Shown: positions 52,321 through 61,469 of the stretch, one piece after another
Layout: the number at the start of each line of letters is the position of its first letter
How positions within the stretch are numbered: position 1 is the first letter of the stretch
Assembly: GCA_002440665.1 (NCBI GenBank)
Contig: DJUX01000005.1
Coordinates: 78,846-142,845 of the forward strand
Source of the DNA: Dechloromonas sp. UBA6271
GTDB taxonomy: Bacteria; Pseudomonadota; Gammaproteobacteria; Burkholderiales; Rhodocyclaceae
Direction of reading: 5' to 3'
DNA: 64,000 nt
Position numbers and translations under genes: made by a program
The notes under the pieces: model-generated
What the model was told of the DNA's origin: nothing
Database searches by the model: none
What the model saw: only the letters and a program-made list of their open reading frames with translations

Positions 52321-54615
52321 ATGAAAAAATTTGCAGTGAAATCCACCACGTTGCTCGTCGCAGCGGGGATCGGGTTCGGGGCCGCCAGCGCGTGGTCTGC
52401 CGAATCGCTGCAGGACGTGATGAAGCGTCGTGGCCTGAGCCAGCAGGATCTGCTGGCCGCATCCAAGACCTATGTCCCGACCGGCAAACGCGACGAATTC
52501 GTGGTTTTCGCCTCTGGCGGCCAGTCCGGCCAGATGATCGTGTATGGCATTCCGTCCATGCGCATCCTCAAGTACATCGGCGTGTTCACGCCGGAACCGT
52601 GGCAGGGCTACGGTTTCGACGAAAACTCCAAGGCCGTACTGCGTCAAGGCAACATCGACGGCAAGGAAATCAACTGGGGCGACACACACCACCCGGCCAT
52701 TTCCGAAACCGAGGGCAAGTACGACGGCCAGTTCCTGTTCATCAATGACAAGGCCAATCCGCGTCTCGCCGTAATCGACCTGCGTGACTTCGAAACCAAG
52801 CAGATTGTCGTCAACCCGATCTACAAGTCGGAACACGGTGGTGCCTTCGTCACCCCGAACACCGAATATGTGATCGAAGCTGCCCAATACGCCGCACCGC
52901 TGGAAAACAAGAAGTTCTACCCGCTCGAAGAGTTCAACGAGAAGTATCGCGGTGGCGTGACCTACTGGAAGTTCGACCGCAAGGAAGGCCGCCTCGATCC
53001 GAAGCGCTCCTTCTCCCTCGAACTGCCGCCTTACAGCCAGGACTTGTCCGACGCTGGTAAAGGTCCGTCCGACGGCTGGTCGTTCACCAACTCCTTCTGT
53101 TCCGAGCGTTACGTCGGCGGCATCGAAAAAGGCCGTCCGCCGTATGAAGCCGGCTGCTCCGCCAAGGACACCGACTATCTGCACGTGATCAACTGGAAGA
53201 AGGCCGCCGAACTGGTTGCCGCCGGCAAGGCCAAGAAGATCAACGGCCATGACGTGCTGCCGATGGACGTTTCGATCAAGGAAGGCATCCTCTTCCTGGT
53301 TCCGGAACCGAAATCCCCGCACGGCGTCGACGTGACCCCGGACGGCAAGTTCATCACCGTCGCCGGCAAGCTCGATACCCACGTTTCCGTCTATTCCTTC
53401 GAGAAGATTCAGGCCGCCATCAAGGCCGGCAAGTTCGAATCCAAGGATCCGTACGGCATTCCAGTCATCGGCATGAAGGATGCGCTGCATACCCAGGTCC
53501 AGCTCGGCCTCGGCCCGCTGCACACCCAGTACGACAGCAAGCCGTGTATCGCCTACACCTCGCTCTACGTGGATTCACAGGTCGTCAAATGGAACCACTG
53601 CGAAGGCAAGGTGCTCGACAAGATCTCCGTGCACTACAACATCGGTCACCTGATGACCATGGAAGGTGACACGATGGATCCGAAGGGCCGCTACCTGGTT
53701 GCGCTGAACAAGCTGGCGATCGACCGTTTCGTGCCGGTTGGCCCACTGCACCCGCAGAACCACCAGCTGATCGACATCTCCAACGACAAGATGCAGTTGC
53801 TGTACGACATGCCGCTGCCGCTGGGTGAGCCGCACTACGCTGTGGGTATCGAAGCGTCCAAGCTGAAGCCGGGCGTCCGCTACAAGGTCGGTACCGACTC
53901 TCGCACCGACAAGCCGCACCCCGGCATGGTCCGCGCCGGCGAGGAAAAGACCGTCAAGAAGGGCAACAAGATCGAAGTCTTCGGCACCCTGATCCGTTCG
54001 CACATCACGCCGGAAACCATCGAGGCTGAAGTGGGCGACGAAATCACCATCCACCTGACCAACCTCGAACGCGCCCAGGACGAAACCCACGGCTTCACGG
54101 TCTCGACCTACAACACCCATGCATCGGTCGAACCGGGCAAGACGGTCACCGTCAAGTTCAAGGCCGACAAGGAAGGCGTCTATCCGTACTACTGCACGGA
54201 GTTCTGCTCGGCGCTGCACCTTGAAATGCAGGGTTACCTGCTGGTCAAGCCGAAAGGCTGGAAGCCGACCAAGACGAGCGAAACCGCCAAGGCCTCCTAC
54301 ACCGAAGCCGACTACAAGGCGACGCTGAAGAAGGTTGCCGACACCCAGGCTGTCATTGACTCCGTCGTCGGTTACATCACCAGTGTCAACTTCAAGGACT
54401 TCCCGGACGTGGTGAACATGGTCGACGATGCAACCGACCAGCTCAACAAGATCAAGGAAGCCAAGGGCAAGGCTGACGCCGCCGCCGCCAAGAAGGACTG
54501 GGACCAGGCCAACCTGTGGTCCGAACAGATCTGGCAATACCAGGTCAAGGCGGCCGACATCGGTCTGCGTGCCAAGACCTACCTTGAGCAGAACGGCGCC
54601 AAGAAGGTCAAGTAA
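52321..54615 (+). CDS. nosZ: Nitrous-oxide reductase, clade II (Sec-dependent, atypical NosZ)
   Basis: Sec-type signal peptide with no twin-Arg (MKKFAVKSTTLLVAAGIGFGAASAWSA). CuZ His motifs (WGDTHHPAISE ..). CuA site YYCTEFCSALHLEMQGY. The nosB/G/H context is typical of clade II. Confidence 0.92.
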   Translation: MKKFAVKSTTLLVAAGIGFGAASAWSAESLQDVMKRRGLSQQDLLAASKTYVPTGKRDEFVVFASGGQSGQMIVYGIPSMRILKYIGVFTPEPWQGYGFDENSKAVLRQGNIDGKEINWGDTHHPAISETEGKYDGQFLFINDKANPRLAVIDLRDFETKQIVVNPIYKSEHGGAFVTPNTEYVIEAAQYAAPLENKKFYPLEEFNEKYRGGVTYWKFDRKEGRLDPKRSFSLELPPYSQDLSDAGKGPSDGWSFTNSFCSERYVGGIEKGRPPYEAGCSAKDTDYLHVINWKKAAELVAAGKAKKINGHDVLPMDVSIKEGILFLVPEPKSPHGVDVTPDGKFITVAGKLDTHVSVYSFEKIQAAIKAGKFESKDPYGIPVIGMKDALHTQVQLGLGPLHTQYDSKPCIAYTSLYVDSQVVKWNHCEGKVLDKISVHYNIGHLMTMEGDTMDPKGRYLVALNKLAIDRFVPVGPLHPQNHQLIDISNDKMQLLYDMPLPLGEPHYAVGIEASKLKPGVRYKVGTDSRTDKPHPGMVRAGEEKTVKKGNKIEVFGTLIRSHITPETIEAEVGDEITIHLTNLERAQDETHGFTVSTYNTHASVEPGKTVTVKFKADKEGVYPYYCTEFCSALHLEMQGYLLVKPKGWKPTKTSETAKASYTEADYKATLKKVADTQAVIDSVVGYITSVNFKDFPDVVNMVDDATDQLNKIKEAKGKADAAAAKKDWDQANLWSEQIWQYQVKAADIGLRAKTYLEQNGAKKVK

Positions 54616-54655
54616 GCCAAGCCGGAAAGTCTTGATCTGACTTAAGGCAATTTTC

Positions 54656-54686
54656 GGGGAGCGGAGTCAATCTGCTCCCCGTTTTA
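54656..54686 (+). terminator. Hairpin plus short T-tract after nosZ (possible partial terminator)
   Basis: GGGGAGC-ggagtcaatct-GCTCCCCGTTTTA. Confidence 0.5.
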
Positions 54687-54705
54687 CATTCAGGAGGGAA
54701 TAACC

Positions 54706-55014
54706 ATGAAATTTGTAATGACTCTGATCGCCGCTGCGATCGTCGCCGCCCCTGCCATCGCCGCTCCGGATGGTGCCAAGCTGTATGGTGAAAAAACCTG
54801 TAACGCCTGCCACGGCCCCAAGGGCGACAAGCCGCTGATGCCGAATTACCCGAAGGTCGCCGGCCAGAACGCCGCCTACATGGAACAGCAGATGAAGGAT
54901 ATCAAGAGTGGCGCCCGCAACAACGGCCAGACCGCAGCCATGAAGGGTGTCATGCACCTGGTCAATGACGAGGAAATCAAGGCCATCGCCGACTATCTCT
55001 CGAAACTGAAATAA
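54706..55014 (+). CDS. Monoheme class I c-type cytochrome (nos-cluster cytochrome)
   Basis: Signal peptide plus CNACHG plus a distal Met region (..AAMKGVMHLV..). 102 aa. Confidence 0.85.
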   Translation: MKFVMTLIAAAIVAAPAIAAPDGAKLYGEKTCNACHGPKGDKPLMPNYPKVAGQNAAYMEQQMKDIKSGARNNGQTAAMKGVMHLVNDEEIKAIADYLSKLK

Positions 55015-55126
55015 GCCTGAAAGCACCGTCATTTCAGGCATATGACGCACATCAAGGAACGCTGATATTCGGGATGGGACAATCCTTTCAGCGTTCGGAA
55101 CAACCTGCCATAAAAGGAAACCAATC

Positions 55127-55900
55127 ATGAAAGCATCACTCCTTTTGATCAGCCTGCTCTCCGCAGGCATCGCCTTTGCCTCCCCGCCGGCACCGAAACA
55201 GGAAGGTATCGAAGGCAAGGATTACAAGTGGAACGCGCAAGCCGGTGAAAAGGTCGAGGCACTGACCAAGAAGGGCGACAAGAAGCGCGGTGAAGAAGGT
55301 TACGAAACCTGCGGCGCCTGCCACCTGCCCTCCGGCGCCGGTCGTCCGGACGGCACCTTTCCGCAACTCGCCGGCCAGCACACCACCGTGCTGATCAAGC
55401 AGATGGCCGACATCCGTGCCGGTCTGCGCGACAATCCGACGATGTATCCGTTCGCCGCCACACTGACCGATGCCCAGGAACTGGCCGACGTCGCCGCCTA
55501 CATCGAAAGCCTGTGCATTCCGCTCGATCACGGCCATTACGACTCCAAGCCGGGCGACGCCGCCAAGGACTGGAAAGCCCCGGCCGATACCGAAAAGCGT
55601 CTGGCCGAAGGCAAGGCGCTGTACGAGAAGGAATGCCTGGAGTGTCACGGCAAGAACGGTGAAGGCGTGAAAGAGAAGTTCTATCCCGTGATCGCCGGCC
55701 AGCACTACAAGTACCTGCTGCGTCAGATGACCGAGATTCGTGACGGCCATCGCCGCAACGCCAACCCGGACATGGTCAAGATCATCAAGAAATACAACAA
55801 CGAACAACTGATCTCCATCTCCGCGTACCAGGCCAGCCTGCAGATGCCGGGCAACATGTGCAAGCCGAAAGCCGGCGCCGCACCAGCGAAGAAGAAGTAA
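55127..55900 (+). CDS. Diheme c-type cytochrome (c4-like, nos-cluster cytochrome)
   Basis: Signal peptide. CGACHL and CLECHG heme motifs. Confidence 0.85.
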   Translation: MKASLLLISLLSAGIAFASPPAPKQEGIEGKDYKWNAQAGEKVEALTKKGDKKRGEEGYETCGACHLPSGAGRPDGTFPQLAGQHTTVLIKQMADIRAGLRDNPTMYPFAATLTDAQELADVAAYIESLCIPLDHGHYDSKPGDAAKDWKAPADTEKRLAEGKALYEKECLECHGKNGEGVKEKFYPVIAGQHYKYLLRQMTEIRDGHRRNANPDMVKIIKKYNNEQLISISAYQASLQMPGNMCKPKAGAAPAKKK

Positions 55901-55912
55901 GATCGAAGTACG

Positions 55913-55951
55913 CGACCGTCCGCCTGCCTCCCGGCGGACGGTCGTTCTCTC
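55913..55951 (+). terminator. Strong hairpin after the diheme cytochrome gene
   Basis: CGACCGTCCGCC-tgcctccc-GGCGGACGGTCG followed by TTCTCTC (12-bp perfect stem, weak T-tract). Confidence 0.45.
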
Positions 55952-56000
55952 AGGCGTCGCAGAATGCCTTCCGATAACATGAAACACAGAGAGTAGCGCC

Positions 56001-56975
56001 ATGGACAAGCAGAACAGGATCGTTGCCGGCCTCACCTTCATTTCACTGGTCGCACTGATCGCCGCCTACTTCGCCCCGATCTGGTGGGTTTCGCTGACCG
56101 CCCCGAATTACCCGCCCGATGCCTTCCCGGACGGCATCCGCATTCACTTCCATTTCGACGGCGTTTACAATGGCTGCAAGGCGGCCGGCAAAGGCACGCG
56201 CATGGCCAGCGAGATCATCCAGAAGGATCTCTCGCACGAAGATGAACGCTACAACGCGATCACCGATGCCAAGAAAGACCTCAATAAAGGCGCCGAAGGT
56301 CTCGATTGCGTCCATGAAATGAACACCATCAACCATTACGTCGGCATGTTCCCGATCGCCACTGGCGCCCCGGTCGAGAAGCCGCTGGCCAAATTCTTCT
56401 TCGGCTTCTTCGCGGTGATGATGCTGGCCTTCGCCCTGCCCAGGAAAAAGCCGCGTTTAATGGTGTTGACCGCAGGCTTCGCCGCCGTCGCCGTCTGGAT
56501 GATCGTAGATCAATTCGTCCTGGGCCACCTGGAAAGCCATGTCCAGGCCTACATGCAGGAATCCGGCACTTTCTTCAAGGATATGGAACGAATCAATTCC
56601 TGGGGCGACAACGTACGCAACATCTCGAAGATCGTCATCTTCGGCCTGATCGCCGTGATGGGCATCGTCATTGCCGGCGTTGCCAAAATTCGCTCCTTCC
56701 AGCTGCTGCTCGCCTTGGTGCCAGCCCTGCTGCCGGCCTTCTTCGTCATTACCTACGCCGGCTGGCTGTGGTTCTTCGGCCACAACATGCACCCGTGGGG
56801 CGCCTTCACCGTCAAGCCGTTCATGCCCACCGTCTTCGGCGAAGGCAAGGTCGCGCAGTTCTCGACCTTTTCCTACCCGTACTGGGGCTACGGCCTGCTC
56901 GTCATCATCTTCGTCTGCATGATGCTGGCCCTGCTGATCCGCCGCAAGCAGTTGCGTGAAGGTGGCGCCGAGTAA
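56001..56975 (+). CDS. nosB: NosB, integral membrane protein specific to clade II nos clusters
   Basis: Multi-pass membrane protein ..FAPIWWVSLTAPNYPPDAFPDGIRIHFHFDGV.. between the cytochromes and nosD. Confidence 0.75.
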   Translation: MDKQNRIVAGLTFISLVALIAAYFAPIWWVSLTAPNYPPDAFPDGIRIHFHFDGVYNGCKAAGKGTRMASEIIQKDLSHEDERYNAITDAKKDLNKGAEGLDCVHEMNTINHYVGMFPIATGAPVEKPLAKFFFGFFAVMMLAFALPRKKPRLMVLTAGFAAVAVWMIVDQFVLGHLESHVQAYMQESGTFFKDMERINSWGDNVRNISKIVIFGLIAVMGIVIAGVAKIRSFQLLLALVPALLPAFFVITYAGWLWFFGHNMHPWGAFTVKPFMPTVFGEGKVAQFSTFSYPYWGYGLLVIIFVCMMLALLIRRKQLREGGAE

Positions 56976-56979
56976 GGCG

Positions 56980-58326
56980 ATGCTGCAGCTAATCCGCCGC
57001 CCGCTGCTGGCCTTCGCTATCGCGACGGGCCTCGGCGTGGCAGGCCTGGCGGCATCGCAATCGACCGAAGGCATGGGCAAGCCCAACCTGGCGGCCAACT
57101 GGGGTTCCTCGTCGGAAAAGGCAGTCCGCCCCGCCGCCCCTAACCGTACCGACATCCCCTGGTTCCAGACTCTGGTCGACGAAGCTCCGGCCGGCTCGGT
57201 CCTCAAGCCGCCGCCCGGCGACTACGCCGGACCGGTGCTGGTCGACAAGCCGCTGATCATCGACGGCGGCGGCAAAGTCACCATCGACGGCGGCGGTAAG
57301 GGCACGGTCTTCGTCCTCGACGCCAAGGGTGCAACCCTGCGTGGCCTGCACCTGAAAGGTTCCGGTGATTCGCATGACAGCGACGACGCCTGCCTCAACG
57401 TGCGTGGCGACCATCATGTCGTCGAAGGCATCGTCATCGACGACTGCCTGTTCGGCATCGACCTCAAGCAGGCCAACCACAACGTCATCCGCGAGAACCG
57501 CATCAGTTCCAAGCCCTTCGATCTCGGCGTGCGCGGCGACGGCCTGCGCCTCTGGTACAGCAACCACAACCTGATCGAGAAGAACGAGGTGATCGACTCG
57601 CGCGATATGGTGGCCTGGTACGCGAATCACAACATCTATCGCGGCAACATCGGCAAGCGCAGCCGCTACTCGATCCACTTCATGTTCGCCAAGGACAGCG
57701 TGGTCGAAGGCAACTCCTTCTACGACAACGCCGTCGGCGTTTACCTGATGTACACCGAGCGCATCCATCTGCGCAACAACATCATCTCGCATGCCACCGG
57801 CGCCACCGGCATGGGGCTGGGCTTCAAGGAGTCGAGTGACTCTGAGGTCGAGAACAACGAAATCATCTACTGCGCCATCGGCGTCGGCTCGGATCTTTCA
57901 CCGTTCGAGCCGGACACCACCATCAACTTCAAAAACAACCGCTTCGCTTTCAACGGCATCGCCATTCGCTTCACCAGCGATCTCGGCGGCAACGTCCTGA
58001 CCAACAACATCTTCGAAGGCAACCTGACCGATGTCGTCCAGATGGGGCGCGGCGTGGCCGACAAGAACCAGTGGGAAGGCAACTATTTCGCCGATTACCA
58101 GGGCTTCGACCGCAATGGCGACGGCGTCGGCGACACCCCTTACGAGCTATATTCCTACGCCGACCAGATCTGGATCGAGACGCCGGCCGCCCAATTCTTC
58201 AAGACCTCGCCGGTACTCGAACTACTCGATTTCCTGGAGCGCCTGGCGCCCTTCTCCTCACCGGAACTGCAATTGCGCGACCGCGCGCCGCGCTTCGCCA
58301 AACCCGAAAGAACGGCAAAATCATGA
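56980..58326 (+). CDS. nosD: NosD, periplasmic right-handed beta-helix protein for CuZ assembly
   Basis: Signal sequence, then repeated parallel beta-helix units (..NVIRENRISS.., ..NLIEKNEVID.., ..SVVEGNSFYDNAVGVYLMY.., ..SEVENNEIIY..). Confidence 0.88.
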   Translation: MLQLIRRPLLAFAIATGLGVAGLAASQSTEGMGKPNLAANWGSSSEKAVRPAAPNRTDIPWFQTLVDEAPAGSVLKPPPGDYAGPVLVDKPLIIDGGGKVTIDGGGKGTVFVLDAKGATLRGLHLKGSGDSHDSDDACLNVRGDHHVVEGIVIDDCLFGIDLKQANHNVIRENRISSKPFDLGVRGDGLRLWYSNHNLIEKNEVIDSRDMVAWYANHNIYRGNIGKRSRYSIHFMFAKDSVVEGNSFYDNAVGVYLMYTERIHLRNNIISHATGATGMGLGFKESSDSEVENNEIIYCAIGVGSDLSPFEPDTTINFKNNRFAFNGIAIRFTSDLGGNVLTNNIFEGNLTDVVQMGRGVADKNQWEGNYFADYQGFDRNGDGVGDTPYELYSYADQIWIETPAAQFFKTSPVLELLDFLERLAPFSSPELQLRDRAPRFAKPERTAKS

Positions 58327-59183
58327 GCGACAACGACAACGACCGCAAACCAGCGGCCGAGGTGACGCCGCCGCTGTCGAAGGCCAAGCGGCAGACCAAC
58401 CGCCGGCGCGTGCTGCGTACCATTCTGCTCACCGGTGGCGTCCTGGGCGCCGGACTGTCCGGCTTCCTGCCGCTGATCTATTCGCAGAAGAAGCGCCTGC
58501 GCCCGCCCGGCGCGCTCGACGAAAAGGACTTCCTGGCCAGTTGCATCAAGTGTGGCCAGTGCGTTCAGGTGTGCCCGGTTTCGGCGATCAAACTGGCCGA
58601 CCTGATCGACGGCGTCGGCGTCGGCACGCCCTACATCGAGGCACGCGCCCAGGCCTGCGATTTTTCCTGCGATGCCGTGCAATGCGTTCTCGCCTGCCCC
58701 ACCGGCTCGCTCACCTACCACAAGCCGGCATTCATGCCGGTACGCGCCGGTGCTGCGCTGGCAGCAAAACCCATCCTGCTGGCCAAGGAGAAGGATCCCG
58801 AGCCGACACTGAACCTGAATGAGCGTATGGGCGTCGCCCGCCTGACCCGCCCCGAAGCCTGCCTGGCGATCCAGGGCAAGGGGTTCAAGGGGCAGACACG
58901 CGGCCCCGATTTCAAGGGAACGATGCGCTACATGGACGTCGACCGCTGGAAGCCGATCCGGATATCCAACCATCCCTACGACGTCCCCGAATGCGATCTC
59001 TGCGCCCGCGAATGTCCGATCAAGGGCGCCATTTCAATCGAAACCGTCTTCGCCCCGGACGGCAGCAAGCGCAAGTCGCCGGTCGTGCATGAACCCTGCG
59101 TTGGCTGCGGCGTCTGCGAGATGGTCTGCCCGGTCGAACCCACTGCCATCACCATCGAAGCCCGCGAGGTCTGGAATACATGA
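58323..59183 (+). CDS. nosG: NosG (NapG-like periplasmic polyferredoxin)
   Basis: Tat-like RRRVLRTILLTGG. Multiple 4Fe-4S motifs CIKCGQCVQVCP, CVLACP, CARECP, CVGCGVCEMVCP. ATGA overlap with nosD. Confidence 0.85.
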   Translation: MSDNDNDRKPAAEVTPPLSKAKRQTNRRRVLRTILLTGGVLGAGLSGFLPLIYSQKKRLRPPGALDEKDFLASCIKCGQCVQVCPVSAIKLADLIDGVGVGTPYIEARAQACDFSCDAVQCVLACPTGSLTYHKPAFMPVRAGAALAAKPILLAKEKDPEPTLNLNERMGVARLTRPEACLAIQGKGFKGQTRGPDFKGTMRYMDVDRWKPIRISNHPYDVPECDLCARECPIKGAISIETVFAPDGSKRKSPVVHEPCVGCGVCEMVCPVEPTAITIEAREVWNT

Positions 59184-60166
59184 GCGATCTTCTGAAGCGT
59201 CGATTCGTCGACCAAATTAAGGTGCTGTTCGGCTGGGAACCGGCCAAGCCAAACAAGGCGGAAGACATCAGCCCGGCTGCCCAGAAGATCCATTTCTACA
59301 AGAAGGGCAACCGCGATCTCATCGCCGAAAAGCTGCATGCCCGCGCCCACGCCCAGCACAGCAACAAGTGGCGCAACCGCCGCTGGGCGACGCTGATCTT
59401 CGCCAACCTGCTGTTCACCTTCTCCTTCGCCCTCGACATCCAGATTCTCGAAGGCGCGCTGACCGCTTCGCGCTTCGTCGGCTTCCACCTGATTGACCTG
59501 AATTCCGCCCTGCAGGTGATGCTCGCCCACAAGCACATCATTAACAACCTGCTGATCGGTACCGGCACCGTGCTGGTCCTCTGGGTACTGTTTGGCGGGC
59601 GCACCTTCTGCTCCTGGGTTTGCCCCTATCACCTGATCGCCGAATGGGCCGAGAAAATTCATCTCTTCCTGGCGAAGAAGAAGCTGGTCACCGACCAGAC
59701 CATGGACCGCCGCCTGCGCACCGTGTTCTGGGCCATCTTCGCGCTGCTCGCCTTCGCCACCGGCTACACCGTCTTCGAGGCTATCTCGCCGACCGGCATC
59801 CTGTCGCGCGCATTGATCTACGGACCGGGGCTGGCCCTGCTCTGGGTGCTGGCGCTGCTCGTCTTCGAAGTCTTCTTCTCACGCCGCGCCTGGTGCCGCT
59901 ACGCTTGCCCGATCGGCCTGACCTACGGCGTCGTCGGCATCATCTCGCCGGTCCGCATCAAGTACAAGCTCGACGGCTGCTTCCACGAAGGCGACTGCCG
60001 CAAGGTCTGCCTGGTGCCGCACGTACTCGACACCGTCATCAAGGGCCGCGCCGTCGACACCGAAGTTCCCATCGGCCCAGACTGCACGCGCTGCGGCCTC
60101 TGCGTCGACACCTGCCCGACCGGGTCACTGAGCTTCGAGGTCAAGGGGCTTTCTAAGCTGGCGTGA
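59180..60166 (+). CDS. nosH: NosH (NapH-like membrane Fe-S quinol dehydrogenase subunit)
   Basis: TM helices with the CxxCP motifs CSWVCPY and CRYACPIG, plus C-terminal CRKVC..CTRCGLCVDTCP. Confidence 0.85.
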   Translation: MSDLLKRRFVDQIKVLFGWEPAKPNKAEDISPAAQKIHFYKKGNRDLIAEKLHARAHAQHSNKWRNRRWATLIFANLLFTFSFALDIQILEGALTASRFVGFHLIDLNSALQVMLAHKHIINNLLIGTGTVLVLWVLFGGRTFCSWVCPYHLIAEWAEKIHLFLAKKKLVTDQTMDRRLRTVFWAIFALLAFATGYTVFEAISPTGILSRALIYGPGLALLWVLALLVFEVFFSRRAWCRYACPIGLTYGVVGIISPVRIKYKLDGCFHEGDCRKVCLVPHVLDTVIKGRAVDTEVPIGPDCTRCGLCVDTCPTGSLSFEVKGLSKLA

Positions 60167-60170
60167 TTTT

Positions 60171-60199
60171 TGGCTATTTTTGGCGGTCGACCGCAGCAA
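60171..60199 (-). repeat. REP-like element copy (minus orientation): TTGCTGCGGTCGACCGCCAAAAATAGCCA
   Basis: Starts 5 nt after the nosH stop. 12-bp perfect palindrome GCGGTCGACCGC. Confidence 0.5.
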
Positions 60200-60552
60200 T
60201 GCCACCTGCCAGTTCCCGCATCGAAAGGGTGAGTATTTCATTTCCGGCGGGGCGGCCTGATTGGAGCAACGGCATTTCTGACCATCGATCTTGAACCCGG
60301 CTTTCGGCCTCAAACGTCGTTCAGAAAATCCAAGACTAAAGCAGGAGGTCACCTCAGTCTCAGGACTCTGACAGCTCCGATCAAGAGTCCGATGACCCAG
60401 TCTGGCCAGGCACTGGCAGTTCATGCCACCAGCACGCCGGCGACGACGAACCCGAGGTTTGCCAGAACATGGTTGGCAGAGATTATGCAACTGGCACGCA
60501 ATGCACACCACCCTCCCGATGTCGCGAAATCAGCAACTGAACCGCCTCAGGT

Positions 60553-60790
60553 TTATAGAGGCTCCGTGCTGTAAGTGCAGGCCGGTGCAGGCTGTTCGGT
60601 GAGTTTGAGATCATAGCGCTCATTAGCCTCTGCGGGCGGGATGTAGCCGATGTGCTCTCTCCTAGCCTGCTATTTCGATACGATGGCCCAATTCTGGCTA
60701 AACCCACAAAGCTCGTTTGACCTGAAGCAGGCAGAAAACGAGAGCGCCGAGCTCGTCGCGGCGGAAGTTCGCCCATTGAAACGGCTGCGT
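60553..60790 (-). pseudogene. Decayed C-terminal remnant of an rve/IS3-like transposase
   Basis: A minus-strand frame gives ..EHIGYIPPAEANERYDLKLTEQPAPACTYSTEPL* , resembling the (L)EPIGNIPPAEAE.RYY tails of IS3-family OrfB. Upstream pieces (..YRNSRLGE.., ..KRALWV..) appear only after frame shifts and stops. No intact ORF and no inverted repeats were identified. Confidence 0.5.
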
Positions 60791-60807
60791 AGCCAAGCGG
60801 CAACGAA

Positions 60808-61086
60808 TCAGCAGCTCGCCCACTGCTCGAAGCTAGCGAACTCTCCCTCGCCAAGCGCAATCCTGACCCGCTCCACCCGCGCATGGACCGGTCCGCGCCT
60901 GGCCCATGCGATAAATTTGAGCACCGCCTGTTCCTCGCCGGTCGCCATGGCTTCGACACTGCCGTCGCGGCGGTTGCGCACCCAGCCGGTGACGCCAAGC
61001 TGTCGTGCCTGTTCGGCCATCGACGCGCGATAGCAGACGCCCTGGACGAACCCTTCGATGATGAGATGACGTGCGATATGCGCCAC
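60808..61086 (-). CDS. Acylphosphatase
   Basis: GTG 61086 (GGAGG 5 nt upstream), then [73 protein letters not shown]: the classic V.G.VQGV.(F/Y)R and GWV.N..DGSVE motifs. 92 aa. Confidence 0.82.
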   Translation of the reverse strand: MAHIARHLIIEGFVQGVCYRASMAEQARQLGVTGWVRNRRDGSVEAMATGEEQAVLKFIAWARRGPVHARVERVRIALGEGEFASFEQWASC

Positions 61087-61186
61087 ATGGACCTCCGTTC
61101 TGGATCGCTCGGGATGTTCCAAGCTTAAACGAGATCGGCGCAGATTTCCCGCTGCGCGGGTGAATCCTTCGGTGACGATTGCAGCG

Positions 61187-61375
61187 TTAGCGCTCGCGCA
61201 TCGTCGCCGGCAGCGCGGTGCTCTTGTCGCGGCCCCAGAGGTCGAGTGGGTCGCCGACCGAGCGGCGCAGGACTTCTCGGGCCTTCGTTGCGGTGACCGG
61301 CTCACTGAACGAAATGAGCTGTGCGAATGCCTGTCCGGTCAGGCGGTATAACCACGTTCGGCGTTTGACGATCAT
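61187..61375 (-). CDS. Small hypothetical protein (62 aa)
   Basis: GAGGG RBS-like sequence before ATG 61375. [51 protein letters not shown]... I recognise no family. Confidence 0.3.
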   Translation of the reverse strand: MIVKRRTWLYRLTGQAFAQLISFSEPVTATKAREVLRRSVGDPLDLWGRDKSTALPATMRER

Positions 61376-61469
61376 GCTGCCCTCACTTCGAGTCGATGAC
61401 GCACTGGGCTGCTTTTCCGCCGCTGGCGAATGGTTTGACTGTACTCCATTTTCGCCGAGCCCGCCGGAA

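Noticed and set aside
60125-61088. ORFs 60125-60511(-), 60392-60574(+) and 60483-61088(-) downstream of nosH
   Set aside because: No RBS, and Arg/Cys/Ser-rich nonsense translations. The region is better explained as decayed DNA (IS remnant), and 60483-61088 is out of frame with the genuine acylphosphatase.
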